Shown: positions 38,445 to 47,718, counted from the first letter of the stretch. The stretch: 64,000 nt of DNA from IMGVR_UViG_3300050821_013430:186001-250000; one strand, 5' to 3'. Notes: generated by a model from the sequence alone, not told the origin. A program made the numbers and translations.

Positions 38445-39436
38445 TTCTTACGATGTCTTACTCTATGGACGCCATCTAATATATTTTGTTTAGCATTTAG
38501 CGGTCGAAGATTTTCGAGAGCCCAACATTTCTTGAAATTTTCATCTTCCATCGAAGTATATGGAAGATCGGACTGAGGAATGATATGATCAATATTCCAA
38601 GTCCAAGTAGAAGGGTCATTATCATCCCAGGTTTTTGGATCATATCTTCCGTGATTATTCCAATTCATCCAAGCATTTGAACCAATCCATTGACTTTCTA
38701 TATGGTGTTTCACTTTTTGCTTTGTATATCCCAATATAATAAATGTTTTATCAGACTTGGGAACGCTATTTTTCTTCAAACTATTTATCAATAAGGCCCT
38801 AACCATTCTATGTATAATAATATTTGGATTATTTTTATTTCTATGATATTGTCTTTTAGATATTTCTTTTTTCTTTTCGGAATTTTCTCTCACCCAATTT
38901 TTATTATTTTGTAATTCCTTTTCTTTATTTTTATTGTAATATTCTTTTCTTTTTAGTTTTATTTTTTCTTTATTCTCTTCTCGATATTCTTTATAATGGG
39001 CGCCAATTTCTTCTATATTTTCTTGACGCCATTCTTTTTTGCGGGCCGCTATTTTCTCTTTATTATTTTCTCGATAATTTTTTTGTTGATAAGAAACTTT
39101 TTCTTTATTTTCTTTTCTATATTTTCTTTCACGATCAGCAATATAATCTTTATTTTCTTCTCTATATACGGCAATATTTTCTTTGTTTTTCTGATAATAT
39201 TCTTTATGATATTCTAAAATATATTCTTTATTATTTTCGTAATATTCTTTCTCTCGCGCAGCAATTTTCTCTTTATTGTCTTCACGATATTTTGAATACC
39301 TAATTTTATAGCATACTCGACATTCAGTATTATATTTATTAGTGTCTTTTCTAAAAAAGAAATTTTCTTTTGTAAGTGGCTTGGTCTCACCGCAAACCCG
39401 ACACTTTTGTATTTGTTCTACTGTTTTCTTATTCAT
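38441..39436 (-). CDS. HNH-family endonuclease with repeat helix (paralog 2)
   Basis: CRVC...CRVC; WNIDHIIPQSDLPY...CWALENLRPL. Confidence 0.7.
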   Translation of the reverse strand: MNKKTVEQIQKCRVCGETKPLTKENFFFRKDTNKYNTECRVCYKIRYSKYREDNKEKIAAREKEYYENNKEYILEYHKEYYQKNKENIAVYREENKDYIADRERKYRKENKEKVSYQQKNYRENNKEKIAARKKEWRQENIEEIGAHYKEYREENKEKIKLKRKEYYNKNKEKELQNNKNWVRENSEKKKEISKRQYHRNKNNPNIIIHRMVRALLINSLKKNSVPKSDKTFIILGYTKQKVKHHIESQWIGSNAWMNWNNHGRYDPKTWDDNDPSTWTWNIDHIIPQSDLPYTSMEDENFKKCWALENLRPLNAKQNILDGVHRVRHRKK

Positions 39437-39472
39437 ATATCTATGCGATTTTATTTAGTATTTTATCAAAAA

Positions 39473-39766
39473 TTACTCTTCTTCATTAGCAATTTTTAGA
39501 AGGACTGAGCCGTGGCAAGGCAGAGGAGCACAAAAACAGCCGAGTACCTTTCCACGCAATTCCTTCTTGGCTGCTGCCATCAATTCCGGCTGTTCTCGTA
39601 GCCACACCTCATAAAATTGGATAGCCTCTTCACGCGTATCGGCTTCGTATAATGCGGCTGTTCCTTTCTGATGAGAGAAAGGATTACCCCATTTTGATCC
39701 CTTCCCCCGTCCTACATAGATATCATAGGGCTCACCACTATGAATATTGACTACCTTGGGCGTCAT
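39473..39766 (-). CDS. DUF4326 family protein
   Basis: IYVGR.KGSKWGNPF...LRGKVLGCFCAPLPCHG. Confidence 0.8.
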   Translation of the reverse strand: MTPKVVNIHSGEPYDIYVGRGKGSKWGNPFSHQKGTAALYEADTREEAIQFYEVWLREQPELMAAAKKELRGKVLGCFCAPLPCHGSVLLKIANEEE

Positions 39767-40903
39767 TTATGCGGCCTCACATAGTGTCTTATATATCTCG
39801 CGCATAAAAGGCCAGGTCTCGTGCTTGCTCAATTTCCAATCGAGTATTCGTTGATGACCCATTTCATTCCTCAATGAGACGAGAACGGTTTCCTGTTCTA
39901 CTTGTTGTAAGAAGCGTCCGACCCAAGTCAATTCCTTCGGAATCTTCACTTCCAATTTGGCATACTCATCCAAGAAGGATGCCAGCCGGGCGCACACCAT
40001 TGAGCAAGCCACGAATTGTTGGCTTTTGTCCTTCAATTTCTTGAAGGCAGAGGACATATCATCGCCAGCAAAAAGGTAATCTACCATCGGCAGCAACTGC
40101 TTGTAATACTCGAAATACACCAGGTAATTGATGCCCACTTGCTTGCCAACGCATCCGCAGACTTTTTCGGACAAGAGATCGGTGCCCCAATTTCTCTCCT
40201 CTCCCTCAAAAAGGAGAGCAGAGGCATTAGTCCAACTACGGGGAGAAGGATCACCATAGTTATCGGCATTGTCTTCCGGGCCCACCAAATGTTGGGGATG
40301 ATCGGTAAGATAGGTAGTGATAGAAGGGTGAATGGCTTTGGATACCGCAGCCCAGGCCAAAAATGCTTTGATATTGGCTTCCAACCGATACTTTTCCGTC
40401 CGATCCAATAGTGGCTGAATGGGTCGCTGGCTACCTTCGGTAAGCAAATTACCAGTCATTACTACGCTACGAAGATTGGGTAGCGCTAACCCATTGATGG
40501 TATGTCGTTGAGTAAGTTCCAATAATGGCGCTTGTAGGCTATGATCGGCCTTATCCACCTCATCCAATAAGGCTACCACTGGTTTATCGCCTTCAATCAT
40601 TGGGGCGAAGAAAATGGGTAGCATATACTCCACAAACTTCTTTCGATCATCATTATTGAAGAGTTTTGGATAGCCTCCGAGATCAGGACGCTCTAATACC
40701 GAAAGATTGATGTAGGCTTCTACCATTCCAGCCTTTTTGATCTCTTGTTCGATGATACTGGTTTTCCCTATACCTCTTCGACCAAAGATGGCTAAATTAC
40801 TCCCTACTGCCAATGAAGCGGCAAGGTGTTGGCTATACTGCTCGGTATTGAGGGTTAGCAGATTATAGTCAGAAGCGACGGTTGCTTGAATAGTGTCAGT
40901 CAT
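39767..40903 (-). CDS. MoxR-like AAA+ ATPase (AAA_5), paralog 2
   Basis: GRRGIGKT, LLDEVDKA, MTGN, PLLDR, PSPRSW. Confidence 0.8.
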   Translation of the reverse strand: MTDTIQATVASDYNLLTLNTEQYSQHLAASLAVGSNLAIFGRRGIGKTSIIEQEIKKAGMVEAYINLSVLERPDLGGYPKLFNNDDRKKFVEYMLPIFFAPMIEGDKPVVALLDEVDKADHSLQAPLLELTQRHTINGLALPNLRSVVMTGNLLTEGSQRPIQPLLDRTEKYRLEANIKAFLAWAAVSKAIHPSITTYLTDHPQHLVGPEDNADNYGDPSPRSWTNASALLFEGEERNWGTDLLSEKVCGCVGKQVGINYLVYFEYYKQLLPMVDYLFAGDDMSSAFKKLKDKSQQFVACSMVCARLASFLDEYAKLEVKIPKELTWVGRFLQQVEQETVLVSLRNEMGHQRILDWKLSKHETWPFMREIYKTLCEAA

Positions 40904-41251
40904 TTAGTTGAGTAGGCTCTTGTCCGTAGTATGGCTCTTCCCTAACAAGTTCAACTTGTCTAAGTCATCATCATCAAAAACGAGAGTTCCATCAACATAC
41001 TCTTTGAGAAGAGTTTGAGCACTCTTCCAAGGATCAGACTGAAAGGAAAGTTGGCCGTGAGAAAAGGCAATTCGCACCTTGATATTAGCGGGACATTTCA
41101 GAGCATCTAACTCAGAAGCAAGCCAATAAGAGGAAATGCAGATGTCTTTGAGATTAGGGGTGGTCTTGAAAGCCTCGGGAATAAGGGGATCGTTTTCCAC
41201 TTGTTTAGTCCAGGCGCTGTATTGTTCTTCGGTAATGTAGTCAGGTCTCAT
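40904..41251 (-). CDS. Hypothetical protein
   Basis: GGAG SD. Confidence 0.5.
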   Translation of the reverse strand: MRPDYITEEQYSAWTKQVENDPLIPEAFKTTPNLKDICISSYWLASELDALKCPANIKVRIAFSHGQLSFQSDPWKSAQTLLKEYVDGTLVFDDDDLDKLNLLGKSHTTDKSLLN

Positions 41252-41279
41252 TGATAGTAATAGTCTCCGTTATCAGTGT

Positions 41280-41308
41280 AAAGTAATGCTGGTCATTTGA
41301 CCTGGCAA
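41280..41308 (-). promoter_or_regulatory. Sigma70-type promoter TTGCCA-17-TACTTT
   Basis: Intergenic; CCCC precedes the -35 box as at 13648 and 44854. Confidence 0.4.
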
Positions 41309-41319
41309 GGGGGTGCTAA

Positions 41320-41781
41320 TTAGAGATGATAGAGTTTGCTACCACCAGATTTAGCGTAAAAGTCGCGGCTGGTTTTGTCCCAAGGTACCACGACCAATTT
41401 TTTGCGAGGCGTCAATCGTTTGGCCTTTTTGAGGATGGCAGTGCCTACTCCTTGTTTTCGATAAGAGCGGCTGACATAAATCTCGAAGAGACTTCCTTGA
41501 AAAGATCGATAACTGGTGAAACCAGCACCGTGGTTGCTTTCATAGATGCAGTTAGCGCCATCTTCATTGGATAGAAGAGCCCAGCCCGCAATCTTGTCAT
41601 CGACCAAGGCTAAGATGGCTTTGGCATCAATCGAGCGCATTTCACTGGCTCGTTCTAAGTAATTGAGTTCATAATTCATCCCCGACCAATGATCCAGGGT
41701 AAGTTTGCGAAGTTGCTTATGCAGTTTGGGATCGGCGAAGACTTTGGATAGGGGTAGAGTTTTAGTGCGGACTTGTGGCAT
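41320..41781 (-). CDS. GNAT N-acetyltransferase
   Basis: IYVSRSYRKQGVGTAIL, FYAKSG. Confidence 0.75.
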   Translation of the reverse strand: MPQVRTKTLPLSKVFADPKLHKQLRKLTLDHWSGMNYELNYLERASEMRSIDAKAILALVDDKIAGWALLSNEDGANCIYESNHGAGFTSYRSFQGSLFEIYVSRSYRKQGVGTAILKKAKRLTPRKKLVVVPWDKTSRDFYAKSGGSKLYHL

Positions 41782-42263
41782 TATTCCTCGTTAGGATTGA
41801 TGATCAGAATTGGTTTGTTGATGCTCTTAGCGTATTGGATACAGTTATAGGTACCGCCTTTGCTACCGTCGTGAATAGCAATCAGGGTATCGCAACGATC
41901 GACCATCCATTGGTTGCGGGTTTGCATCTTCGCAGGTGAGTACCCGCCCTCGCTAACGATTACTACCTCGGTAGCCAAAGCCAATAGTCTCTTGTAAGTC
42001 TCTTGGGATTGTTGGGGCCAGGCCGTTTCTTGGCCAATGAATGGCACTGCGGCGATGAACGGGATGCTGAGTTTATAGCAGACGAAGGCAGCATACTGAT
42101 CTACACCGAGAGCCATTCCTGAAATGGCTTTCTCGGGTTTGAGTTCTTTGAGAGCGGCTTCGAGTTTCTGGCAGATGCGGAGATAGGTGGGGTTGGGGAG
42201 TTTATAGCCGGTCGCCTTGTCAGGCAGTTTGTCGGGGCGGTGCCCGGTGAATGCCACCATCAT
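41781..42263 (-). CDS. SLOG superfamily protein (YspA/DUF1273-like)
   Basis: VAFTGHRP, ISGMALGVDQ, RNQWMVD, KGGTYNCI. Confidence 0.8.
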   Translation of the reverse strand: MMVAFTGHRPDKLPDKATGYKLPNPTYLRICQKLEAALKELKPEKAISGMALGVDQYAAFVCYKLSIPFIAAVPFIGQETAWPQQSQETYKRLLALATEVVIVSEGGYSPAKMQTRNQWMVDRCDTLIAIHDGSKGGTYNCIQYAKSINKPILIINPNEE

Positions 42264-42640
42264 AGTTTCTTGACCTGCCACTCCAAATTAGTGAGTTTGC
42301 TTTGCAATTCACGCATCTCCCTCAAATCGTCGCTGGTTTTAGTCAGGATGGTCATGCGGCGCTTGATCGCAGCCACCTGTTTCTTCAATCCCTTCTTGTT
42401 CTCCTTGCGATTTTCGACTACTTCAATAGCAATCCAATATCCACGACCTTTACGAACGATAACGCGTGTTCCGTCCTTGGCAGACATCAATCGCTTCATC
42501 ACCGACTTGGAAAAGGTACCCGGTTGAATATCCTCTAACTTGAAAGGGATTTTCAGAGCCTTAGTTTTGGGAGAGAGCCAATCTTTGATCTGATTAGTAG
42601 ATACATAGTTGCTTACGAACTTGAACCTCTTCATTGTCAT
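42260..42640 (-). CDS. Hypothetical basic protein
   Basis: Coupled ORF. Confidence 0.5.
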   Translation of the reverse strand: MTMKRFKFVSNYVSTNQIKDWLSPKTKALKIPFKLEDIQPGTFSKSVMKRLMSAKDGTRVIVRKGRGYWIAIEVVENRKENKKGLKKQVAAIKRRMTILTKTSDDLREMRELQSKLTNLEWQVKKL

Positions 42641-42648
42641 TCTCCTTC

Positions 42649-43098
42649 TTAGCACCCAAGGCTGCTGGTATGCCACCCACAATCATCCATCGCACTATAC
42701 AACGGGCCAGTAGCATCATACATCTCACTTAGGCTAAGACCCGCCTCGGAAGCAAGATGCTTGGCCTCAGTAATGGCCGCACCTGCCTCCGCCATTTTGG
42801 CTTTGACTTGCTTCTCAACGGCTCGAAACTCTTGTTCCAAGGTGTTGGATTTGGTTTTGGCTTCCTCTTCCGTCATCAACCTCTCGTGGTCTAAGAGCAG
42901 GTTATCCTCTTTCTTAGCCACCCACGCACTATCCCACTTGACCATTATCTTGCCTCGGGAGGTGATATCTGTCACCGTTCCAAAGACGAGGTTGCTTTCT
43001 TCTCCGTTGAAAACGGGCTTCTTGTCGAAACCACCATCATAATAGCCATAAGCAGCACCAACACGATCACCAATCGCAAACTTCTTTGTCTCTGTCAT
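42649..43098 (-). CDS. Hypothetical protein (SH3-like N-terminus + helix)
   Basis: FAIGDRV...FGTVT...IMVKWD; TAATG overlap. Confidence 0.5.
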   Translation of the reverse strand: MTETKKFAIGDRVGAAYGYYDGGFDKKPVFNGEESNLVFGTVTDITSRGKIMVKWDSAWVAKKEDNLLLDHERLMTEEEAKTKSNTLEQEFRAVEKQVKAKMAEAGAAITEAKHLASEAGLSLSEMYDATGPLYSAMDDCGWHTSSLGC

Positions 43099-43328
43099 TA
43101 TTCTGTTTCCTTTCCATTCTGTTTCATAGCACGCATACGCGCAGACAAGTACGGGTGCAAATTCCACGCACATTCTAACGCTGCGGCCTCTAAGGTATCG
43201 TTTCTCACTTGATTGAGTAGGACTTCTAAGCCCCATACCAAATCGTCTTCCATCTCTTCATCGCCGATGTTCAATTCTTCAAGTAAGGGGCGAAGCCAAG
43301 TCTGAGCCAGTTTGTAGGTATCCATCAT
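43098..43328 (-). CDS. Hypothetical protein
   Basis: Coupled ORF. Confidence 0.45.
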   Translation of the reverse strand: MMDTYKLAQTWLRPLLEELNIGDEEMEDDLVWGLEVLLNQVRNDTLEAAALECAWNLHPYLSARMRAMKQNGKETE

Positions 43329-43540
43329 CGTTTTCCTTTCAATAGGTCAGTTCTGATTTCAATCCCGTCTTTTACTACCGGGATCACCTTGCGGATACCG
43401 TCATCAATTCGATGTACTTGTACCACCACAAGAAAGTCTTCCTTGGCTGGCAGCACCATCGTGCCTCCAAACCAAGCGTATTTGCTAAGTTGCATTTTCA
43501 GGGCCAGACATATTTGCCGGGCTTCGAAGAAGGTAGCCAT
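43325..43540 (-). CDS. Hypothetical protein
   Basis: GGAG SD. Confidence 0.5.
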   Translation of the reverse strand: MATFFEARQICLALKMQLSKYAWFGGTMVLPAKEDFLVVVQVHRIDDGIRKVIPVVKDGIEIRTDLLKGKR

Positions 43541-43551
43541 AGGGGCTCCGT

Positions 43552-44130
43552 TTAGTGAAAGGTAAGGAAAGTTTGGATGCGCTCGACCATATCAGCGCGG
43601 TCTGACAAATCAGCGTCATCAAAAAGATGACCACAATCAATGCTACTGCCAGTTGATGAGGTGTCTATATACCAGCCCCCAGGAGGATTGAAATCGTGCC
43701 CTACCGTATAAGAGACAGAAGAGTGCGGTGAATAGTAGTGTAGTGAGAGGTATTCTATGCCGAATTGGAAGACTTTTCGCTCTTCACTATTGATAATGAT
43801 GTTAGAGGAGGCTGAATATGAGCAGGGCCATTTGTCCGGGAAGGTTTTGCAGTTTGCGTGAGCCCAGAAGTAAAAGTCTTCCGGCGTATTGCGCAGCGTT
43901 TCCGACGGTTGTTCGACATATTGATTGGTTGCCAAATCAATCACCAAATCGAATTGACGAGGCTTGGTGCGTTTGCCACCCGTCAATGATAGATGGGTGG
44001 CGGTCATTTTTTGACCTTCGCACCAAAAAGGATCGGCAACAGAGAACTCTATCTTCCTTTTGCCGTTGCAAATTGGACACACCTCTATCTGCTCAATCAA
44101 TTGGCCGAGAGTGTCGAAGGCAGGTTGCAT
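43552..44130 (-). CDS. Hypothetical protein (CxxC; ends IQTFLTFH)
   Basis: ORF track. Confidence 0.5.
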   Translation of the reverse strand: MQPAFDTLGQLIEQIEVCPICNGKRKIEFSVADPFWCEGQKMTATHLSLTGGKRTKPRQFDLVIDLATNQYVEQPSETLRNTPEDFYFWAHANCKTFPDKWPCSYSASSNIIINSEERKVFQFGIEYLSLHYYSPHSSVSYTVGHDFNPPGGWYIDTSSTGSSIDCGHLFDDADLSDRADMVERIQTFLTFH

Positions 44131-44132
44131 CC

Positions 44133-44357
44133 TTAGTCGGTAGGTTTTTCTACCGTCTCAATGGTAATGAGAACACGCTGACCAATTTTGAGTTGATCAG
44201 CGATAAAAGGCTTGATGATCAAACTACCATCAAAAAGGGCTTCTTTGGCGGTAGTGGGTGTATCGAGCACGCTGCCATCGCATTTGATGGCGATATTGGT
44301 TTTGGAATCATTGATCTTCACCACATCACCAAACTTACCAGTTAGAACGACTTTCAT
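44133..44357 (-). CDS. Hypothetical protein
   Basis: ATGA overlap. Confidence 0.5.
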   Translation of the reverse strand: MKVVLTGKFGDVVKINDSKTNIAIKCDGSVLDTPTTAKEALFDGSLIIKPFIADQLKIGQRVLITIETVEKPTD

Positions 44358-44554
44358 TGCTTGCTCCTTTTGGGAATGGCCCGCACCCGAGGATAACTCT
44401 CTTCCCAGTGCCCCGCGTCGTCGCATCCAATTGCTGTCAATAGATGCCTATCTATTTCGCAGCACTTCTTACACCAATAAGCATATTGAGTTTCACGGGA
44501 AAGATATACAGGCATATCCGTCTCTTGCTCGCAGTGATCGCAGAAGGTTTTCAT
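44354..44554 (-). CDS. Small zinc-finger-like protein
   Basis: CDHC...CKKC; ATGA overlap. Confidence 0.5.
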   Translation of the reverse strand: MKTFCDHCEQETDMPVYLSRETQYAYWCKKCCEIDRHLLTAIGCDDAGHWEESYPRVRAIPKRSKQ

Positions 44555-44805
44555 TCGTGTTTCTTTCCGCATTGGGGACAAATGCCAAGATCAATGATTT
44601 GGGTTTTGAGTTTGGCTACTTCTTCACGAAGTTGGGCCAAATCGTTTTCAACCTTCTTTTCGGGAAAGAGCGGCTCCTCGAAAAAGATGCCGGTGCAGCC
44701 ACCACTAACAGGGCTGAAATATGCCACCCCAGAAGCCATAGAACGAATGGGCTCACCAGAAACGCCTGATGGGCCGGTAGGCCCGGATATGATGTTGTTG
44801 TTCAT
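44551..44805 (-). CDS. Hypothetical with C-terminal CPQCGKKH tag
   Basis: AAGGAG SD. Confidence 0.55.
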   Translation of the reverse strand: MNNNIISGPTGPSGVSGEPIRSMASGVAYFSPVSGGCTGIFFEEPLFPEKKVENDLAQLREEVAKLKTQIIDLGICPQCGKKHE

Positions 44806-44826
44806 TGAGATATCTCCTTGCTAAGG

Positions 44827-44854
44827 AGCATAATCATCAATGATGGGATGGCAA
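44827..44854 (-). promoter_or_regulatory. Sigma70-type promoter TTGCCA-16-TATGCT
   Basis: Intergenic consensus match. Confidence 0.45.
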
Positions 44855-44861
44855 GGGGTGG

Positions 44862-45095
44862 TTAGTGTTTTTGTCCGCACTGAGGGCAGAGATCGGTGGG
44901 CCAATCCAATTGAATTGAAGGAATGTAGAGATATTGAATTGGGTTTGGGAGTTGAATTGTGCAAGTATAAGTCCCGGTTTCCACATCAAAATTGGAAGAG
45001 AGTATTTTGAGTTCGGGGATGAGTTCATCCTTAGGCCAAATCTCAGACATCAATTCCAAATAGGTCGTTATGTTTTGGCCATCATCCTTGGTCAT
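44862..45095 (-). CDS. Hypothetical with C-terminal CPQCGQKH tag
   Basis: ORF track. Confidence 0.55.
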   Translation of the reverse strand: MTKDDGQNITTYLELMSEIWPKDELIPELKILSSNFDVETGTYTCTIQLPNPIQYLYIPSIQLDWPTDLCPQCGQKH

Positions 45096-45381
45096 CTTTG
45101 CTCCTAAACAGATACCCCATTAGTCCGGTGCCGAAAAGGCATACCGCCCCACCTGCTAAGAACCACAACACAATGGGGAAAGGTTGCAACAGATAGACGC
45201 TTAGTCCTGCCCAGCATCCAAGACAAAAGGGACACTCGAACAATTTGTAGAAGAAGACGCCGAGATAAGGTACCCGAAAGAGTTGCAAACGAAGTTTGAG
45301 CATCAGATCGAAGGGCCCGTCTGCCTCCTTCAATGCGAAGAAAATTCCGAAAATGGCCAGAATAGAGATGACTATTGACAC
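45082..45381 (-). CDS. Small membrane protein, DUF1360-like
   Basis: Hydrophobic helices with CPFCLGCW. Confidence 0.5.
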   Translation of the reverse strand: MSIVISILAIFGIFFALKEADGPFDLMLKLRLQLFRVPYLGVFFYKLFECPFCLGCWAGLSVYLLQPFPIVLWFLAGGAVCLFGTGLMGYLFRSKDDQG

Positions 45382-45432
45382 GAGAAACCTCAGTGGTTAT
45401 ACATAGTTAGGCATAGAAATGGAGCAGAAATT

Positions 45433-46368
45433 ATGAATAAATATGTTTGCAACGAGAAAATTTTCACCACAGAAAATGCTTTGTCATTTTATTTGCTGGG
45501 TGTATTTTTGACTGATGGCTGGATCGAAAAATCCAAGCCAAATTTAGTAGGATTTTGTTCAACAGATTTCGAATGGATCAGAGATATCAAAAATATTATA
45601 TCTTTGGATTTACCATTGCATACTAAGAAAACGAAATATAAAAATTTATACCATTTTGAGATGAATAATAAAATTATACGAAAATGGTTTGACAAATATG
45701 GATTTACTACAAATAAATCATTAGATATACAATTTCCAAAAATACCAAATGAATATATCATAAGTTTTATTAGAGGGTGTTGGGATGGCGACGGATTTAT
45801 ATCACATACATCTCGACACAAAACGGGTGGGCGTCATAATAAAGATATTTTATATCACGATATAAGTTGCGGAATTTCATCGGGAAGTAAAAATTTTATT
45901 GACGAAATGGGTGCCAACATAACAAGAATATTTGACATCGATGTCAATATAACCAATAAATTTTCAGAAAAACCTGATGCATTATATATCGTGGGTAGAA
46001 AATGTATTGATATACACGAGCATTTTATGCTGCGAATAAATGGAACTAAATGTTATAAATTTGTTAAAATGCTATATGACGGGGCTGAAATATTTCTTGA
46101 AAGAAAGAAAATAATAGCGGATGATGTTATCAACTATTATAATACAAATAACATTATACCACACGATAAAATTATGTGGCCAAAAATTGATTTACTCGTA
46201 GCAATGGTAAATAATAAAGGTTATAGGGCAGTTGGTCGAGAACTAAATACAACAGACTGCACAGTCAAAAATCATATAAGAAGTAATAATAAATTACATC
46301 TTGTAAAATCACCTTTCGTATCATTTGGTAGTAAAAATACGCAAGACAATATTAGTCAGCAGAAATAG
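45433..46368 (+). CDS. LAGLIDADG (DOD-type) homing endonuclease
   Basis: YLLGVFLTDGWI and FIRGCWDGDGFI; AT-rich. Confidence 0.8.
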   Translation: MNKYVCNEKIFTTENALSFYLLGVFLTDGWIEKSKPNLVGFCSTDFEWIRDIKNIISLDLPLHTKKTKYKNLYHFEMNNKIIRKWFDKYGFTTNKSLDIQFPKIPNEYIISFIRGCWDGDGFISHTSRHKTGGRHNKDILYHDISCGISSGSKNFIDEMGANITRIFDIDVNITNKFSEKPDALYIVGRKCIDIHEHFMLRINGTKCYKFVKMLYDGAEIFLERKKIIADDVINYYNTNNIIPHDKIMWPKIDLLVAMVNNKGYRAVGRELNTTDCTVKNHIRSNNKLHLVKSPFVSFGSKNTQDNISQQK

Positions 46369-47071
46369 CGCACCTTGTTCCTGCCTCATATTGACGAAAC
46401 CGATTTGGATGAGCAAAATTTGAGAAGGTGCAATATTCGGGCCCACCATATCGCTGGTGCCAAAATCCACCCTTCGTTGCATAACCCCATTGACGGTTGG
46501 GTGCTTTTACTATCTCAGTCGTATTACCAAGCATATCGAACAAACCATACTCATTAGTGCATAATGGATGCGATCCTGATGGCGATCCCTTGAACAAACT
46601 CTTTGCATAGGGACGCCAAGTATTTGGAAACCATAACTTCCACCAATCTACCTTGATATAATTGATAGCGTCATCTCGACACCATCCAAGATGGTAGGTG
46701 TTGCCGTAGAAGAATTGATGATGCGCTGGCCCAAGACACGCAGTTTCCCATTCTTCTTCGGTCGCTAATCGTTTATGCTGAGATGCGCAGTATTGTTCGG
46801 CATCAGAAAAAGTTAGTGCGTAGTAAGGAAGATGCAGGTACAAATTTGGTGCTTCATAAACATCGAGGCAAAAATCGTGATCCTTATCCTCGATTTTTAC
46901 CATCCCTGCTGGGCATTTGGATGGAATATGGATATCGATCTGTTTATCGGCCAGAAACTCAACCGGATGGTCTTCAATAGCATTCAACTGAACAGCGCTT
47001 AGTTTTGGTTGATCGTGTCTAAGCAGACTACCAAGCCATACGGCAGCCATAACATACGAAAGTCTCACCAT
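46352..47071 (-). CDS. FGE-sulfatase (SUMF1) domain protein, probably exported; start uncertain
   Basis: CPAGMV, FCLDVYE, KRLATEEEWETAC, YGLFDMLGN..E, GGFW. Confidence 0.75.
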   Translation of the reverse strand: MVRLSYVMAAVWLGSLLRHDQPKLSAVQLNAIEDHPVEFLADKQIDIHIPSKCPAGMVKIEDKDHDFCLDVYEAPNLYLHLPYYALTFSDAEQYCASQHKRLATEEEWETACLGPAHHQFFYGNTYHLGWCRDDAINYIKVDWWKLWFPNTWRPYAKSLFKGSPSGSHPLCTNEYGLFDMLGNTTEIVKAPNRQWGYATKGGFWHQRYGGPEYCTFSNFAHPNRFRQYEAGTRCAISAD

Positions 47072-47237
47072 CCATTTGATTAGGGCCGTTCGCAAAAGGG
47101 TAATATTCATTGCATTGCCTGCAAATCTCGCCCTCATAGTCTTTGCTCCGCTTACTTCTCGGAATATCCTCATCTATATAGTCTTCCAGCGTTTGATCGA
47201 GATCACCAGAAAAATCGAGGTTTAGGTTATCTGCCAT
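47028..47237 (-). CDS. Small zinc-finger protein
   Basis: CRQC...CYGC. Confidence 0.5.
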   Translation of the reverse strand: MADNLNLDFSGDLDQTLEDYIDEDIPRSKRSKDYEGEICRQCNEYYPFANGPNQMDGETFVCYGCRMAW

Positions 47238-47266
47238 GCGCTTTTCCCTTTCGAGGAGATGTCAAA

Positions 47267-47539
47267 CTATTCGTCTAATAGGGTAAGGTCTTCTTTCAGA
47301 ACCCAACAAGTGGCATTGTTTTGAGTGTCTTTGACCTCCATTACCGCAATGCTATGATTGTCGTATCTTTCTCTCTGTAAAAACTGCGGCCCGCTAACGA
47401 TCATTAGTTGATCATACCCACTATCGAGTTCCACATCCCAGTCAATGCCTACATTCGCTAATGTAGAACTGAACTTGAAAGTTGGGCCACCCGTTTTGGT
47501 GAAACGAGCCCTTTTTCCAAGATAATCGTGCATTGTCAT
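47267..47539 (-). CDS. Hypothetical protein
   Basis: AAGGAG SD before MTMHDY. Confidence 0.5.
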   Translation of the reverse strand: MTMHDYLGKRARFTKTGGPTFKFSSTLANVGIDWDVELDSGYDQLMIVSGPQFLQRERYDNHSIAVMEVKDTQNNATCWVLKEDLTLLDE

Positions 47540-47550
47540 TCTATCTCTCC

Positions 47551-47718
47551 TTATTTGGTTTTCTTCGAACAAGCCTCTTGCAAGAGCCTGCGAACAAACT
47601 CCGATTTCGCGATGTATTCGCCCGTCTTTTTCAGATGCTTCGAGAATGCCTCGTCGATCATCTCATCCAACTCGGGCGAGAGTCGGATCAGGTATTGTTT
47701 CGTGAGATTTTGTTTCAT
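47551..47718 (-). CDS. Ribbon-helix-helix-like DNA-binding protein (copy 2; 55 aa, not in ORF track)
   Basis: Manual translation MKQNLTKQYLIRLSPELDEMIDEAFSKHLKKTGEYIAKSEFVRRLLQEACSKKTK; aligns without gaps to 21365..21553. Confidence 0.7.
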   Translation of the reverse strand: MKQNLTKQYLIRLSPELDEMIDEAFSKHLKKTGEYIAKSEFVRRLLQEACSKKTK

